Shown piece by piece: positions 24,078 to 37,437 of a DNA stretch of 64,000 nt; within the stretch, counting starts at the first letter, position 1; the number at the start of each line of letters is the position of its first letter. The notes beneath the pieces are model-generated. The model made no database searches and had not been told where the DNA came from. It saw only the letters and a list, made by a program, of their open reading frames with translations. A program made the translations under genes and the position numbers. Source of the stretch: Okamejei kenojei (Eukaryota); contig CM069142.1 of the NCBI GenBank assembly GCA_035221665.1, positions 17,608,001 through 17,672,000 of the forward strand. The letters run 5' to 3'.

Positions 24078-27000
24078 TTTTCTTTTTTTTTCTTTTTAAA
24101 CAACATTTAAAAAAAAAATATTATCAATTGAATCATTCTGCCTCTAATAGTTTTTTTTAAATTTTTTATATAGATTAAGAGTAATAAAAAAGAGAGAAAG
24201 AAAAATCAAAAAAATCATAAGGAATGGAATAATTTACCATTAATACATCATTGGAGATAAGATCAAGGAATATAGAGTATAACTTTTCATCTGACCCCGA
24301 GTCCAAGTTTCAGTTGGGTTCCCCTGCCGAACCAATCTACCCTTTCAAATAATCGATGAATGAAGACCATATTCTAACAAAAAGTTCTTGTTTGTCCATT
24401 AAGGAAAATCTGATTCTTTCCAGGTGTAGGGTCTCCGACATTTCCATAATCCACATTTTAATTGTGGGGGTTATAGGACCTTTCCAAAATTTTAATATTA
24501 ATTTCTTCCCGATTATTATACTGTAATCTCGGAAATTTCTTTGGCTTGTTGTAAGTGTTAAACTTTGTTCTGATATTCCAAGTATTATTAGTTTTGAGTC
24601 CGGACCAGTTTAGTATTAATAACTTCAGAAGTTATTCTAAAAATATCAATCTAGAAATTTTTAATTTTTATACAATTTGCAAAAGTATGTGTTAAGTTAG
24701 CCTCTAGATGCTGGCATTTATCGCTGATAGGAGAGACGTGTGGAAAGATTCTATTCAGTTTTACTTTAGAGTAATGTAATCTGTGTAATACTTTAAATTG
24801 TATTAAAGCATGTCTGGCATTTAACGAGCATTGATGTATATAATGTAAACTTTTGTCCCAAATATCTTTCGTTATGGGTTGGCTTAATTCATTTTCCCAT
24901 GTATGTCTATGTGATTCCGTCGATGGGACCTCGCTATCTAAAAGGATATTATAAATATAAGTTGTTAGTTTTTCTGTATTAGAATGCTTATTCAAACATT
25001 CATCAAGGATTTCTGGTTCCCTACTCCTATAATCTTGTGTATTTGATTTAACATAATCTCTAATTATGAATATCAAAAAAAATGATTTTAGTGTAATCCA
25101 TAAATCTATTGTAACTCCTGAAATAAAATAAAAGTGCGTTTCTTATAAAGATGTCCCATCTTTTTAATTCCATAATTTTTTCCATTGTGTGAAACCTTTA
25201 TCCAGCATGGAAGGTTTGAATAAGGGATTGTTTACAATAGGGAGACAGAGTGGTATATTATCCAATTTTAAAGCCTTTTTTAATTGTTTCCAGATTCATG
25301 TACCACTATGTATTATAGGGTTTTATGTGCAATTTTATCAGTGCAAACATCACCGAACCGATTTCAAAAGGTAAACAGTCCTCCTTTTCCAGCCTTAACC
25401 AGTCTGGTTGTTGATCCATTTCTTCCAGCCAGAAATTCATGTTTTTAATATGGACTGCCCAAAAATAAAACAGAAAATTTGGTAGAGCTAAACCTCCATT
25501 AATCTTTGATTTACATAAATGTTTTTTACTTATTCTATGATTCTTATAATCCCAAATGAAACTTGTAACAGTAGAGTCGACTTTAAAATAAAAAAAAAGA
25601 TTTTGGAATATATATTGGGATTGACTGGAATAAGTACAATAATTGCGGCAAAAAGATAATTTTTATAGCATTAATTCTACCAAATATTGAGATGGGTAGT
25701 GTTTTCCAATATTGAATATTCTTTTTTAGTTTATTCAGTAAAGGTGGGAAATTTGATTTTAATAAAGAAGTATACGTCTTAGTTACATAAATACCTAAAT
25801 ATTTAAATTTTTTCCTCAACTATTTTAAAAGATGATTGTTGTAGTGTATGTAAATTGAGTTCCGTTATTGGCTTGATTTCGCTTTTATTCCAATTAATTC
25901 TATATCCTGAAAACTGACCAAATTGAGTTATTAAATATAATAAATTTGGAATACTATTTTCTGGCTTTGTAATATATATATTAATACATCACTTGGAAAA
26001 CTTGGAAAACTTTATTGTCATTCAGACCTTGCGGTCTGAGCGAAATTTCGTTGCCTGCAGTCATACATATAGTAAATAACAAAAACACACAATAAACACA
26101 TATTTAACATCCACCACAGTGAGTTCACTAGACACCTCCTCACTGTGGTGGAAGGCAAAAATCTTGTCTTTGTCTCTTCTCTTCTTCCTCTGCGCTGAGG
26201 CGACCCAGGCCTCCGATGTTGTGACCGCACCGGGTGATGTAAATAAATCCTGCGGGTGAACCGCGCTCTGCGAGCGGGCCAGTTCAACTCCGCGGCCCGG
26301 GGCGGCCGAAGCTGCCGAAGCTGCCGCCCTCCAGTCCAGCGAACGCAGCTGTTGCCGCAGGAGCTCCGGCAAAACAGGTCACCAACCTGTGACCTGCGAG
26401 CTCCCGACGATGTCGTCCACTGGGCCCGCGGCCGGGCCTCCGATGTCGCCGCCGCCGGAAAGCCGCCACAGCTCCGAGTCGCGCCGCGGGAACGCCTGAA
26501 CCCACCGCAGCCCCGAAGTCGGCCAGCCCCGCGCTGGTAAGTCCTGGCTGGCTCTACCTCCGGAGCCTCGGGTCGGTCGCAGTTAAAGTTGGAGGCCGCC
26601 AGCTCCGCGATAGGCCTCAGCGCAGATGGAGATGGAGACGGGGGATACGACAAGAAAAGTTGCGTCCCCCCAAAAGGAAGAGACTAAGAACGTTTCTCCC
26701 ACCCACCCCCCCCACACACACACATACACTACATAATAACTCAAACTAAAACTAAAAACAAGACAAGAAAACAACAAATAACAAATATGCATCATCTGCA
26801 TATAAAGAGATTTTATTCATTGTGTCTTTAGTATTGTATCCATGTATTTCAGGATGAGCTCTGACACTTTCTGCGAGTGGTTCAATTGCTAGAGCGAATA
26901 ATAATGGGGATAGCGGGCACCCTTGTCTACAACCTCTAGAAATATTAAATTTAGTTGATAACTAAATCTAGCTGTTAATAATTCTAGTTGATAATTCTAG

Positions 27001-28840
27001 CTGTTGGGTTAGAATATAAAACTTTAACTCATGTACAGTACTTCTCTCCCAATTGAAAATTTTCCATCACCAACCATTCTACCTGATCAAAGGCTTTTTC
27101 AGCATCTAGCAAAATAATTGCTAGATCTGCATTAGCAATTCTATTTGAGTATATAATATTAAATAATCGTCTCAGATTGTAAAATGAGTAACGTTTTGGG
27201 ATAAAACCTGTTTGGTCGGGGTGTATTAATTTGTTAATCACTAAACTAAATCTATGAGATAGGATTTTAGTTAATATTTTCTGATCAGTATTTAAGAGAG
27301 CTATTGCTCTATATGAGGCTTGGTCTTCCAGATCCTTATCAGTTTTGGGTATAATTATTATTGTAGATTCGTTTAAAGTTTCCGTGAGTTTCTGTTGAGT
27401 ATAAACGTGTTTATACAGTGTTTGTAAGCATGGAGAAATCAGATCATAATTTTTTTAATAAAATTCGGAGCTTAGGCCATCAGGGCCTGCGGCATTTCCA
27501 TTGTTTAAAGATCTCATTGACTCTTCGATATCTTTTATCGTTATTTCAGCACCTAATAGTTCGTGCTCTTGCAAATCTAAACCTTTAAGGTTATATTTCT
27601 GTAAAAATGCTTCCATTTCTGTTGATTGTTCTGTCACTTTAGTTGAATAAAGATATTGATAGTATTGTGAAATCTGTCATTAATATCTTTAGGGAGTGTT
27701 AATATTTCTCCCTTATCTGATCTAATATTATGAATTATTTTTTCCCCGTCCAATTTACGAAGCTGACGTACTAATCATTTTTGTGGTTTATCACCGAATT
27801 CAAAATTGTAATTGTTTTGTATGTTGATAAAGTTTTATTACTTGGTCAGAGTATATTTTATTTAACTTGTATTTCAGTGCTGCAATTTTATTATGTTTTG
27901 CCAATGAAGATGCTACTGCATTTTCTATGTCTAATTGCCTTATTTCCATTTCCAATGTCTGTTGTTTAGCCCTATTCTCTTTATTAAGAAATGCCTGGGA
28001 GGAGATTAATGCCCCTCGTATAAATGCATTAAATGTTTTCCAAAGAAGGGAGGCAGAAATTTCAGGATGGTCATTGACCTTGAAAAACATATGAATCTGT
28101 TTTACAAGATATTCACAACATACCTTTTCATTTAAAATTTGAGGATTAAGTCTCCATTGTGTCTGTTTCTTGTCCATTCCGTTGAGTTTATTTATAAACA
28201 TTAATGGAGCATGGTCCGAAATTATAATGTTATGATGTTGCGAGTTGTAGGTGAATGGAATAAGTTTAGAATCTACTAAGAAATAGTCTATCCTTGAATA
28301 TGTTTTATTGAATAAAATGAATATTCTCGTCCGGATGGATTTTCAATTCTCCAGACATCCTTAATGTTGGTAGTGTTAATATATGAGTTTTAAAATTCAC
28401 TTGACTGAGATTTTAATTTTCTTTGAGTTGATGATCTGTCTAAATAAGGATCTAGTGTACAGTTTAAGTCTCCACCAATTATTAAATTATTTTGTCTGCA
28501 TTCCGGAATAGTATTAAGTATTCTCTTGAAAAACAATGGGCTATCAAAATTTGGTCCATATACATTAAGGAGAGTCACTTTTTTTTTAGTATTAACTCAC
28601 CTACTACTACAATATATCTGCCGTCAATATCTTCTATAGTTGATATATGTTTAAAAGGTATACTTTTATGGATTAATATTGCAACCCCTCTAGATTTATG
28701 TGTGAATGAAGAGTGATACGTTTGAGCAATCCATTTTGCTTTCAGTCTATGTTGCGCTTCCTTTTTAAGATGAGTCTCCTGGAGGAATATTATATCTGTT
28801 TTAAGTGATTTAAATGAGCTAATAATTTGCCTTTCTTGGT
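24078..28840 (-). mobile_element. L1-clade LINE: near-complete degenerate ORF2 (APE endonuclease-RT-CCHC); ORF1 absent
   Basis: Minus-strand motifs: IFLQETH, NVYGPN, IIGGDLN, SRIDYFL and SDHAPL (EN); PDQTGF, LDAEKAFDQVEW, RQGCPLSPLLF, LYADD and FKYLG (RT); degenerate zinc knuckle DKCQHLEANLTHTFANC. The T-rich tract at ~24078-24097 is the putative tail. Many stops and frameshifts. Confidence 0.93.
25992..26789 (-). mobile_element. GC-rich structured non-coding retroposon with Rex1/Babar-like tail, nested in the L1 RT
   Basis: The minus strand ends ...CGAAATTTCG...TGACAATAAA(GTTTTCCAA)2, and CATCA is duplicated at the junctions. L1 coding sequence resumes on both sides (LYADD | DVLIYITKP). Confidence 0.75.
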
Positions 28841-28844
28841 TTTC

Positions 28845-29570
28845 TGACCATAATGATTAGCATGTGCTACTTGGGAGGGTTTAGACTAGCATTGTACCAG
28901 CTCGGACTGATTAGGGATGGTCAGCAATGCTTTGTGCATGAGAAAGTGTGACTCACAAATCTGATAGAGTTGAAGAGATCACCAAGTGGAGGGCTGTGGA
29001 TATTGTCTGTATAGACTTCAGCATGGCCGTTGATAAGGTCCAGCATAGTAGGCTCGCTTGGAAGTTTAGATGACATGGGATTCACAGTCAGCTCGCCTAA
29101 TGGAATCAAAATTAGCTTGGAGGAAGGAGTGACGGGGTAGTTGTGGAGGGTTGTTATTCTGATTGGAGGCTTTGTGGAGTGCCATAAGGGCGTGCTGCAG
29201 TTTGTTATATGTGATTTAGGTAACCATTAACATCGTTAATAGTTAAGGAAGGACGTGAAGGACGTGAAGGAAGCACTGAAGCAGATTCTAATGCCCCACT
29301 AGTTAAGTGCATGCTACAAGGTGAGGTTCATGTTGGTAAATTTGCAAATTACTGGACAGAGGGAGGATATCCAAGTTTATAATATAATCTAAATCAGTTG
29401 GGAAGCACATCCAAGGAATGGCAAATTATATTTACTGTGACAAGTGTGACCTGTTGCACTTTGGCACGTCATATCACAGCACAGTGAATGGTAAAATACT
29501 GGACAGTATTGCATAACAGTGAGATCGCGGAGTACAGGTGCATGGCACCCGCAAAGTCGCAACTCGGGTG
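28845..29570 (+). mobile_element. Old CR1 RT fragment with internal insertion
   Basis: Degenerate TNLIE, AVDIVCIDFSMAVDKVQH (AVDVVYxDFSKAFDKVPH-like) and EWQIIFTVTSV segments. Confidence 0.7.
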
Positions 29571-30274
29571 TAATTATTATGCAGGTTGCAAAGGCTCACG
29601 GTAAAATTGTGAGATAAAATACTGGAAACAAAAGCAAACTGCAGAACCTTTCCATCTGTGTCTTTGTGAAGTATCTGATATGAGTCTCTAGGAGGTCCTG
29701 TTGCACCTGTTTCAGACAGTGATGTTTTAATTAAATAGCCATAACGTCAGGGACGTGAAGGAAGCATTGAAGCAGCTTCTAATGCCCCACTAGTTAAGTG
29801 CACGCTACAAGGTGAGGTTCATGTTCCATTCCAAAATAGGTGATGCAAAATAAAATCGGAAAGCAAATATGCAAAAATTGTTGGACTGAACTTGCAGAAT
29901 CCTGTAGTGAAGGGATTCATTATTAATATTATGTCAAGCAGGCATCTTGTGGATAAACGAAGGTGAAATGGCACATGTCTTTTCTTCAGTGCAAATGAGT
30001 AAAACCTGTCACTAAGTATCAAAATGATTTCCTAGTCTAGGACTAGGTTCTGTAAAATTGAGGTTGACATTGAGGGTGTAGTTGTGTAAGACTTGATATT
30101 TTTGTGATCGAATATATTAAAATTAAGTAGCCTCATACTTCCATTCTGTTGAAGCTTGAGTTTTATTAGATCGAAATACTCCTCGTACAGTCATTAAATA
30201 TTCAGCATGTGAATCTACTGTTTCTACGAATCTACGCTGTCACCTTAATTCTCTGCAAAGCTATAGTTCTCTCA

Positions 30275-30722
30275 GAGTGCAGCATAGGTTCGCGAGGTTA
30301 ATTCCTGGGATGGTGGGCCTGTCATACGATGAAAGAATGGAGCGACTGGGCTTGTATTCACTGACACTTAGAAGGATGAGAGGGGATCTTATAGAAACAT
30401 GTAAAATGATTAAGAGATTGGACATGCTAGATGCAGGAAACATGTTCCTGATGTTGGGGGAGTCCAGAGCCAATGGCCACAGCTTAGGAATAAGGGGTAG
30501 GCCATTTATAACTGAGATGAGGAAAAACCTTTTCGTACAGAAAGTTGTGAATTTGTGGAATTCTCTGCCTCAGAAGGCAGTGGAGGCCTTCACTGCTTGC
30601 CGTCAAAAGAGAGTTAGATAGCGGGGTACTGATTGTGGATGATCAGCCATGATCACATTGAATGGCGGTGCTGGCTTGAAGTGCCGAATGGCCTACTCCT
30701 CCACCTATTGTCTATGCTATGT
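30275..30722 (+). mobile_element. CR1 3' fragment
   Basis: ORF 30277-30621 LSYDERMERLGLYSLTLRRMRGDLIE...VVNLWNSLP, followed by the CR1 3'UTR. Confidence 0.92.
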
Positions 30723-31251
30723 AATTACTTGTATGTTTTTTCTGAGGGAGAATTGGCCAAAGGAATGTGAGGTAAATGATTGAAGTTTGTTTCTATAAAG
30801 CAGAGAAAGGTGATGGAAGCTTTGAGTGAAGGAGCAGTGCAGGTTGAGAAAGCCAGCTATTGAGATACTGAAACATGGGCTTGCGGTCATTTTCTATTAC
30901 TGATTTTTACTCTCAACAATAATATGTGTTGAAGCCATGGAGAAAAACTTTCTTTGGCCTGTTAGTTTTTCACTCGATTGTAAACCCGAGCAGAATGAAC
31001 TTTCAAATCACCTTGTTGGCGAGAAGCTGTGTCTTCCAGGTGTCTCACACTGCCATTGTTTGACACCAGCAGAATGTACAAGGAATAACTCTGTTAACTC
31101 ATGGCATCGTGTGTCCTTGTCTGTATATTGTGAAAAATCATTTAGACAAACTTTTTGCAAAAAATAATTATGAACCAGGAAAGTTATTTCCCTGTGGAAG
31201 GACAGTATAATGTTTTCTTGGTTTTTATGTAATTGTCATGTATGTTAAGGA

Positions 31252-31378
31252 ATCAAAAGTGATAGGAGCAGAATTAGGCCAGCTGGCCTAACAAGTCTAT
31301 TCCGCCATTCAATCATGGCTGATCTATCTCTTCCTCCTGACCCCATTCTCCTGCCTTTCTCCATAACCCCAGACACCC
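31252..31378 (-). mobile_element. CR1 3'UTR fragment
   Basis: AGGAGCAGAATTAGGCC...CCGCCATTCAATCATGGCTGATCTATC is the reverse complement of the CR1 tail. Confidence 0.75.
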
Positions 31379-34300
31379 GAATGAAAAACATTGCACATTA
31401 TTGCTCCACAAAAGGACTATTTTCCCACTTTAACTTTGCTTGTTGCCAAAAGTCACTTTTGGTCTTTCATTAATTGTCGTCTGTGAGGATATTAGGGTTT
31501 GTCTCCCCTTGTTCCCAGTCACTGTTTGCTGACGCGTCTTTCATTTGGCGAGCTTGTGAACATTGTTACAAAGGAGCACATTAATGTTGTTGGAGGGAGT
31601 TAAGCTCTTCTGGCTCTTTGTCACAGAGCTAGTGTCAGTGATGGCTGGCTGAGATTTGCAATCATTTTGCTGTATGAGATTGCAGGCTGCACCAATGCAA
31701 AGCCCAACAACGTACTCAATGCTGTTGAGATGCGCTCAGCAAATGAGGGACAACCATTTGCAACCAAACTATATGGGTAGCACAGTGTTCACATTTCTGG
31801 TTCAAAAATCTCATTATAATCCATTTATTCAGTTAGAACATGTTCATTCTTCCCACAAATCTGCTTTTAGATCTTTTAAAGTGCAAACATGTGTATTAAA
31901 GTGCACAGATATTTTAGGATCTGAGTCATAGTCTGCAGAGTGAACATGAATTTAATAATTTGTCTCTTTCGTGACCCAGTCTTAAGCTGAATACAGTTTT
32001 AATATTCATTTCCATGGGTTTACTAAAGAATATTAGATATCCTGTGGGAGTTATGCCTTTGTAATTCAACCAGAAGATTCAGAAAACTTTAGCAGTAGTG
32101 GGGAAAATGGATTGTGTGAAACAGTTGCTTGCATTTTTAAGTAATTCCAGGATTGGTGTCTTCAGGTAAAATAATTCCTATATTATTCTGGTGGATCTGT
32201 GACTTTATTGATCTATGTTAACTTCTAAATTACATTATTGGTAATTTTAAAGTTGGTGTTTGAGTCAGTAACGTAATGCAAAAGCTTTTTTTTTCTCTCG
32301 TGTTCAATTTTCTTCCAGCGTTTTTATTGCTTACAAATACTTACTCCAGAGAAAGCTAACAGCTTTGCTTATGCTTTATATTTCTAAATAGGCAGCTTTA
32401 TGTTTTATACTGAGGGCGGTTTGTGTGTATTCCCAGGACTCCCATGCCAAGTGCTTCTCATTAGTAGCAATAACAGCTCACTTTCGTTTAAGGGTATGAC
32501 ATTTTAATGCATGTGACTCAAGAGTAAACACAATTTGCATGTTTAAATATACATTCTGTGCCATTTGTCCAGATCAAAATGTCATTTTGTAACGTTGGTT
32601 GCTCTGGCTAATGAACTCCTTAATTTCTCTCAAAGGCGAGTTAGCTTCTTCTGCAGGGATTACTGAGCTCCTGTGACATGCAGTCTTATTTTGTAACCTG
32701 TGTCATGAAAAGTGGGAAAAGTCGTTGAATCAGAGTTGACAGCTGTGTCTAATGGCCAAAGCTCCATAGATTACAGTCTGTCTTTGTTTACATTGAGTAA
32801 GGATGCTCTTGAGTTGCTGCGAGATCTAGATCATAGTCGTTGCCCCCGCAGTGCCTTAATTTGGGAATTGCAAAATATTATTGGACTAGAGAGGCAAATT
32901 TCAAGTACATTCTTTTTGAACTGGTTTGATTTTGATTGGGATCTGACTTTTAAGAAGGGCCTTTGCCTTTTTTGAGTCAATATAAACTGAACACTCTTCT
33001 GAAACAGATAAAAAGGAAGCAACACATTTCGCTTACTGGTGAATTCCAAACATGAATGCCGTGATTTAAATGGACTTATTCTGGTTTGTAAAGGGTTTTT
33101 AACACGCTTGCATACTTTCAAGTAGATTTTTGTGTGTGATTTTGCCCGGGTCGGATTTAGTTGAAGTCTATTATCAGAGTCACTGAAGAAACGTGGAAAG
33201 ATGTGCAAATACCAAATTTGATCAGTTGCATCCTTCATATGTTAAACTTAAATGTAATATTAAAATTTTCAGACATGGCTCTGCCCACTCACTTTAGTAT
33301 TTTTAGATTCAGAAACCACAGTAGCACGATGATCCATGATTTGTGGTGGAAAATTCCACGGGGAAAATAAGGGGGAAAATTCTACAGATGTTGGTTAGAG
33401 TTAATGTGCCATGACATAATCTTTTTCACACATATGCCGGAGCATATGAAGAGCCATCTGAACCAGTAACATAGCGGATGATGAAATTAAATAATGTGGC
33501 AATTTCCTTTCGGTCCCTCATCTGGATGTGGCAACTTCTCAGTGGGAAGCCTTAGGTTTTACATATAGCATAAGGTAGTACTGTCTGAAAAATAAATCAT
33601 CCTGTCTTGGAATCAGAAATGCTGCAGGCATAAGGGTTTGAATCAAAGTGACGAGGAGGGCCAGACCGGAATTGTCCTTGTGTGCGAATCGAATGAACCT
33701 GGCCGTGCTCAGCAAAGTACGTCTTAAATCCGAGCGGTTGACTTGCTGATCCTGAAATGAATGACCTCTGCACCACACATTGAAACTGCCAATAGCTTTC
33801 ATCAATTGCATTTGGATAATTGTGATAACTGCAGGGACCAGCACTGCACAGCAAAGAAATCTTGGCAGAACATCTCAATTCAGCGATCACTCTGCGATTA
33901 AGCCATTGAATGTTTTGTGCAGCTGCACCGTCAACCCAGACCTGGGTCGATTTATTTAGATATTGACATTCCATTAGCTCTTTAAGTGAAGCAGGATTAT
34001 TTCTTATTAATGTCATTTGAAACATTCAGTGGCCTTTTATCTCGTAGCTGAGGAAAATGATTGCTGCATTAAACTACATAAATAATCTGAGCATTTCAAA
34101 AATTAATGGTGTTTGATATGGAAGACAATGTAAAGGCAACATAATTGACTCAGAATTCCAGTTTTTAATCTACATTGCAGCTATTAATGCATATGATATG
34201 AAGAGCAGAATGCTCAGTACTCTGAGTTTGCAATAGTCCTTTGACTGGACAACCTGCATTGGACCCACCAGGGTTCTGAATGACTTTCCAAAAAGGAATG

Positions 34301-34981
34301 AATGCCCCCAGTGTTTGTACATGATTCCACGTAGTGAAGAGGTGAAAATTGCACAACAGGAGATACTCTAGATTAGGTTGTCTGCCAGTTGAGACAGCCA
34401 TTTCCGCACTTGTCATCTTATGCACTAAGACATGTGGTAAGTTATTTTGCAATCTGTATTATTTATCTTGATCATAAATATCACTAGCAATTTTTTTTCC
34501 CCAAATGTTGACAGCTCAGCTTTCACAGTGATGTGGCCATCTTTGGACCTGGAGCTATAAGGACTGATTAACACTAATTTTAACCACCAATCACGCACAA
34601 TTTATTTGGTGGACAAATGCAGTTTTTACGTGAAATCACATTCATCATAATCTTGAGCTAGTCATTTTCATGCACTATACAAATGATTACATCTGACCCA
34701 CACGCAGAATGATGGCATCATTCACACCAGCTCTTTTTCCTTTTCTGGAAAATAAAATCGAGCTCAAAAGGAGTGTTCTCCAACTGTCATGGGACATTCT
34801 TCCTTTCACTGCAATGTTATTTGTTTACTTTTGTTACTTTCCTCACTATTTAACGGGCAATCTGAATAAACAAATTTAGAACAAGAGGTTCGCAAAGTGT
34901 GCCCAAATTAAGAATATTCCTATTATCAGCTGCTGAATTACTCAGGTGGTGGGTGCCTCAGCATGGCATCCTGTTGCTTAA

Positions 34982-36272
34982 AGGACCTGTCCCACTGCGG
35001 GGACCTAATTTGCAAGTTTAGAAGAGTTTGCGCTCGACTTAAACTCACATCATGGTCGACACGTGGTCCTAGGAGGTCCTTCATGCTCGAGGGACGGTCC
35101 CACACACTCTCGCCTCAGTTTGCCGCGAGCAGAAATTGGTCGGCAAGGTTCTTTTGAACTCGTAGTGCGGTGGAGTGTGGTCGCTATGTAGTTACAGGCA
35201 GTCGAGGTAGCCATACGCAATCTTCTTTGCTGACCGGGCATTTTAATTGGCTCATTGGAGTTTTCAGAACCAAGGAAAGCCGGTTAAATGCCCACTAAAC
35301 TTTATTAAATGTTGTCTGGCTTCTTAAAAGTGTCTCCAATCCTTCTCTCTCCTCCCCCCCCCTCCCCTCCCCCCCCTCCCCTCCCTCTCCCCCCCTCCCT
35401 CTCTCCTCTCTCCCCCCCCCTCTCCCCCCTCTCTCCCCCTCCCTCTCCCCCCCTCTCCCCCCCCCTCTCCCCCCCCCTCTCCCCCCCTCTCCCCTCCCCT
35501 CCCCCCTCCCCCTCCCCCCCCCTCCCCCCCTCCCCCCCCCCTCTCCCCCCCCCCCCCTCTCTCCCCTCCCCCCCCTCCCTCCCCCCCCCTCTCCCCCCCC
35601 CTCTCCCCCTCCCCCCCCCCCCTCCCCCCCCCCCCTCCCCCCTCCCCCCTCCTCTCTCCNNNNNNNNNNNNNNNNNNNNNNNNNNNNNNNNNNNNNNNNN
35701 NNNNNNNNNNNNNNNNNNNNNNNNNNNNNNNNNNNNNNNNNNNNNNNNNNNNNNNNNNNNNNNNNNNNNNNNNNNNNNNNNNNNNNNNNNNNNNNNNNNN
35801 NNNNNNNNNNNNNNNNNNNNNNNNNNNNNNNNNNNNNNNNNNNTCTCTCCCCCCCCTCCTCTCTCCCCCCCTCCTCTCTCCCCCCCTCCTCTCTCCCCCC
35901 CCTCCCTCTCTCCCCCCCCCCTCCTCTCTCCCCCCTCCTCTCTCCCCCCCTCCTCTCTCACCCCCCCTCCTCTCCCCCCCTCCCTCTCCCCCCCCCCCCC
36001 CCCCCCCCCCCCCGCGCGCTCTCTAAAGGACTTACCGTACACTGTGCCAGCCGTCTTTTACCTTCCTGTTCATCGCGGGTGTGAATTTCAGACAGCGCTG
36101 CCCCGCTTTCCCTGGCCCCCGCCTTTGCGGTGTGTGTGTGTGTGCTGACGGTTGATCCAGCTCGCGGATTCATCACTCACGGTCAATCCAGCTCGAGGTT
36201 TTTCAGGCGAGTGCCCTCGAGCTTGAAAGTCGAAGACAGTTGGTGAAAAGTCGCGTTAGTGGATCAGGCCCT
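34982..36272. mobile_element. Harbinger/PIF-type non-autonomous transposon carrying an expanded C-rich tract
   Basis: TIRs AGGACCTGTCCCAC / GTGGATCAGGCCCT with TAA TSDs (34979-34981, 36273-36275). Shares GTTGTCTGGCTTCTTAAAAGTGTCTCC and TAAAGGACTTRCCGTACACTGTGC with 60668-61587. Confidence 0.85.
35341..36013. repeat. Polypyrimidine (CnT) low-complexity tract spanning a 184-N assembly gap (35660-35843)
   Basis: Seen directly in the sequence. Confidence 0.97.
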
Positions 36273-37144
36273 TAAGGAGAGCAATGGTTTGCTTGCAAAT
36301 GGCATCTCTGCTCAAGGGGAAACTATGTCCTGGTCCCATATGATTGTTCCTGACTTTGTGGGAGAGAGCTGATCTCTCTCCGCACAAGGGTGAGAGTGTT
36401 AAAGGGCTAAGCGTCATGTGGCTTCCATCTGTATCCCAAACAGTGTGGTGGGATTAACACTGGTCCCATTAAGAAGTATGCATGACCCCCGTGAGTTTTG
36501 ATCCAGCTTTGGATCCTCACAACTTCACGTGAGCGATTGACAAAGGACTTGGAAATCAGACAGACAAATGTGACAGCTTGCAAACTTCATACATAACATC
36601 TACTTAAATGGTGTTGAGAGAGCATTCCAGTCATGGACATCTTTTTCAGTTCTCTTGCGGAGTAAAGATAGGTAAATGCTCTCTTCTGACCAGTTCCCCT
36701 TTGTTGTTTAAAACACAATTTATTTTACGGGGGTGGGTGTGGAGGAGGGGAAGGCACTGGATGAATGGCAGTGCTCAATGCAGCCAGTGTCGAGTGCTCT
36801 AAAACTGGTGGAGCTTAATTTTTAATTAATTATTCATGATTTCTATAAGGACATTTCACAGAGAGTTTGGATAGATGATTTTGACTTGTCACTTAAAATT
36901 CATGTTTCCAACCATTTCTGGCCTTTTTTAAAGTATGCTTAATATTTCTGCTTTCTCTGGGTAGTTCAGTGAGGATACAAACTAATACGCGATGCTTCTT
37001 TCCTTGATCTGGTTGGTTGGGTCTTTTAGCAAAATAATGATTGGGTCATGTGTTGTCAAGGCTCAGCCAGGTACACCAGAAGAGATGGTTTTCTTTTTTC
37101 CCTTTTAATTGCCCTCGATCAGAAAACCTGCGTCCTATGAAGAA

Positions 37145-37437
37145 ATCATAGAATCATAGACAATAGGTGCAGGAGTAGGCCATTCGGCCCTTCGAGCCTG
37201 CACCGCCATTCAATATGATCATGGCTGATCATCCAACTCAGTATCCTGTACCTGCCTTCTCTCCATACCCCCTGATCCCTTTAGCCACAAGGGCCACAAC
37301 TAACACCCTCTTAAATATAGCCAATGAACTGGCCTCAACTACCTTCTGTGGCAGAGAATTCCACAGACTCACCATTCTCTGTGTGAAAAAAGATCTTCTC
37401 ATCTTGGTCCTAAAAGACTTCCCCCTTATCCTTAAAT
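37145..37437 (-). mobile_element. CR1 3' fragment
   Basis: (ATCATAGA)n tail and AGGTGCAGGAGTAGGCCATTCGGCCCTTCGAG...GATCATGGCTGATC. Confidence 0.88.

Noticed and set aside
26018-26653. 211-aa Arg/Ala-rich ORF
   Set aside because: It lies in the GC-rich retroposon, ORFs are open in several frames on both strands, and there are no protein motifs.
33539-34025. Overlapping 142-aa and 101-aa minus-strand ORFs
   Set aside because: No recognisable homology and no convincing splice context.
35305-36148. Long Pro-rich and Gly-rich ORFs (279 and 245 aa)
   Set aside because: They are translations of a C/T low-complexity tract and an N gap inside a MITE.
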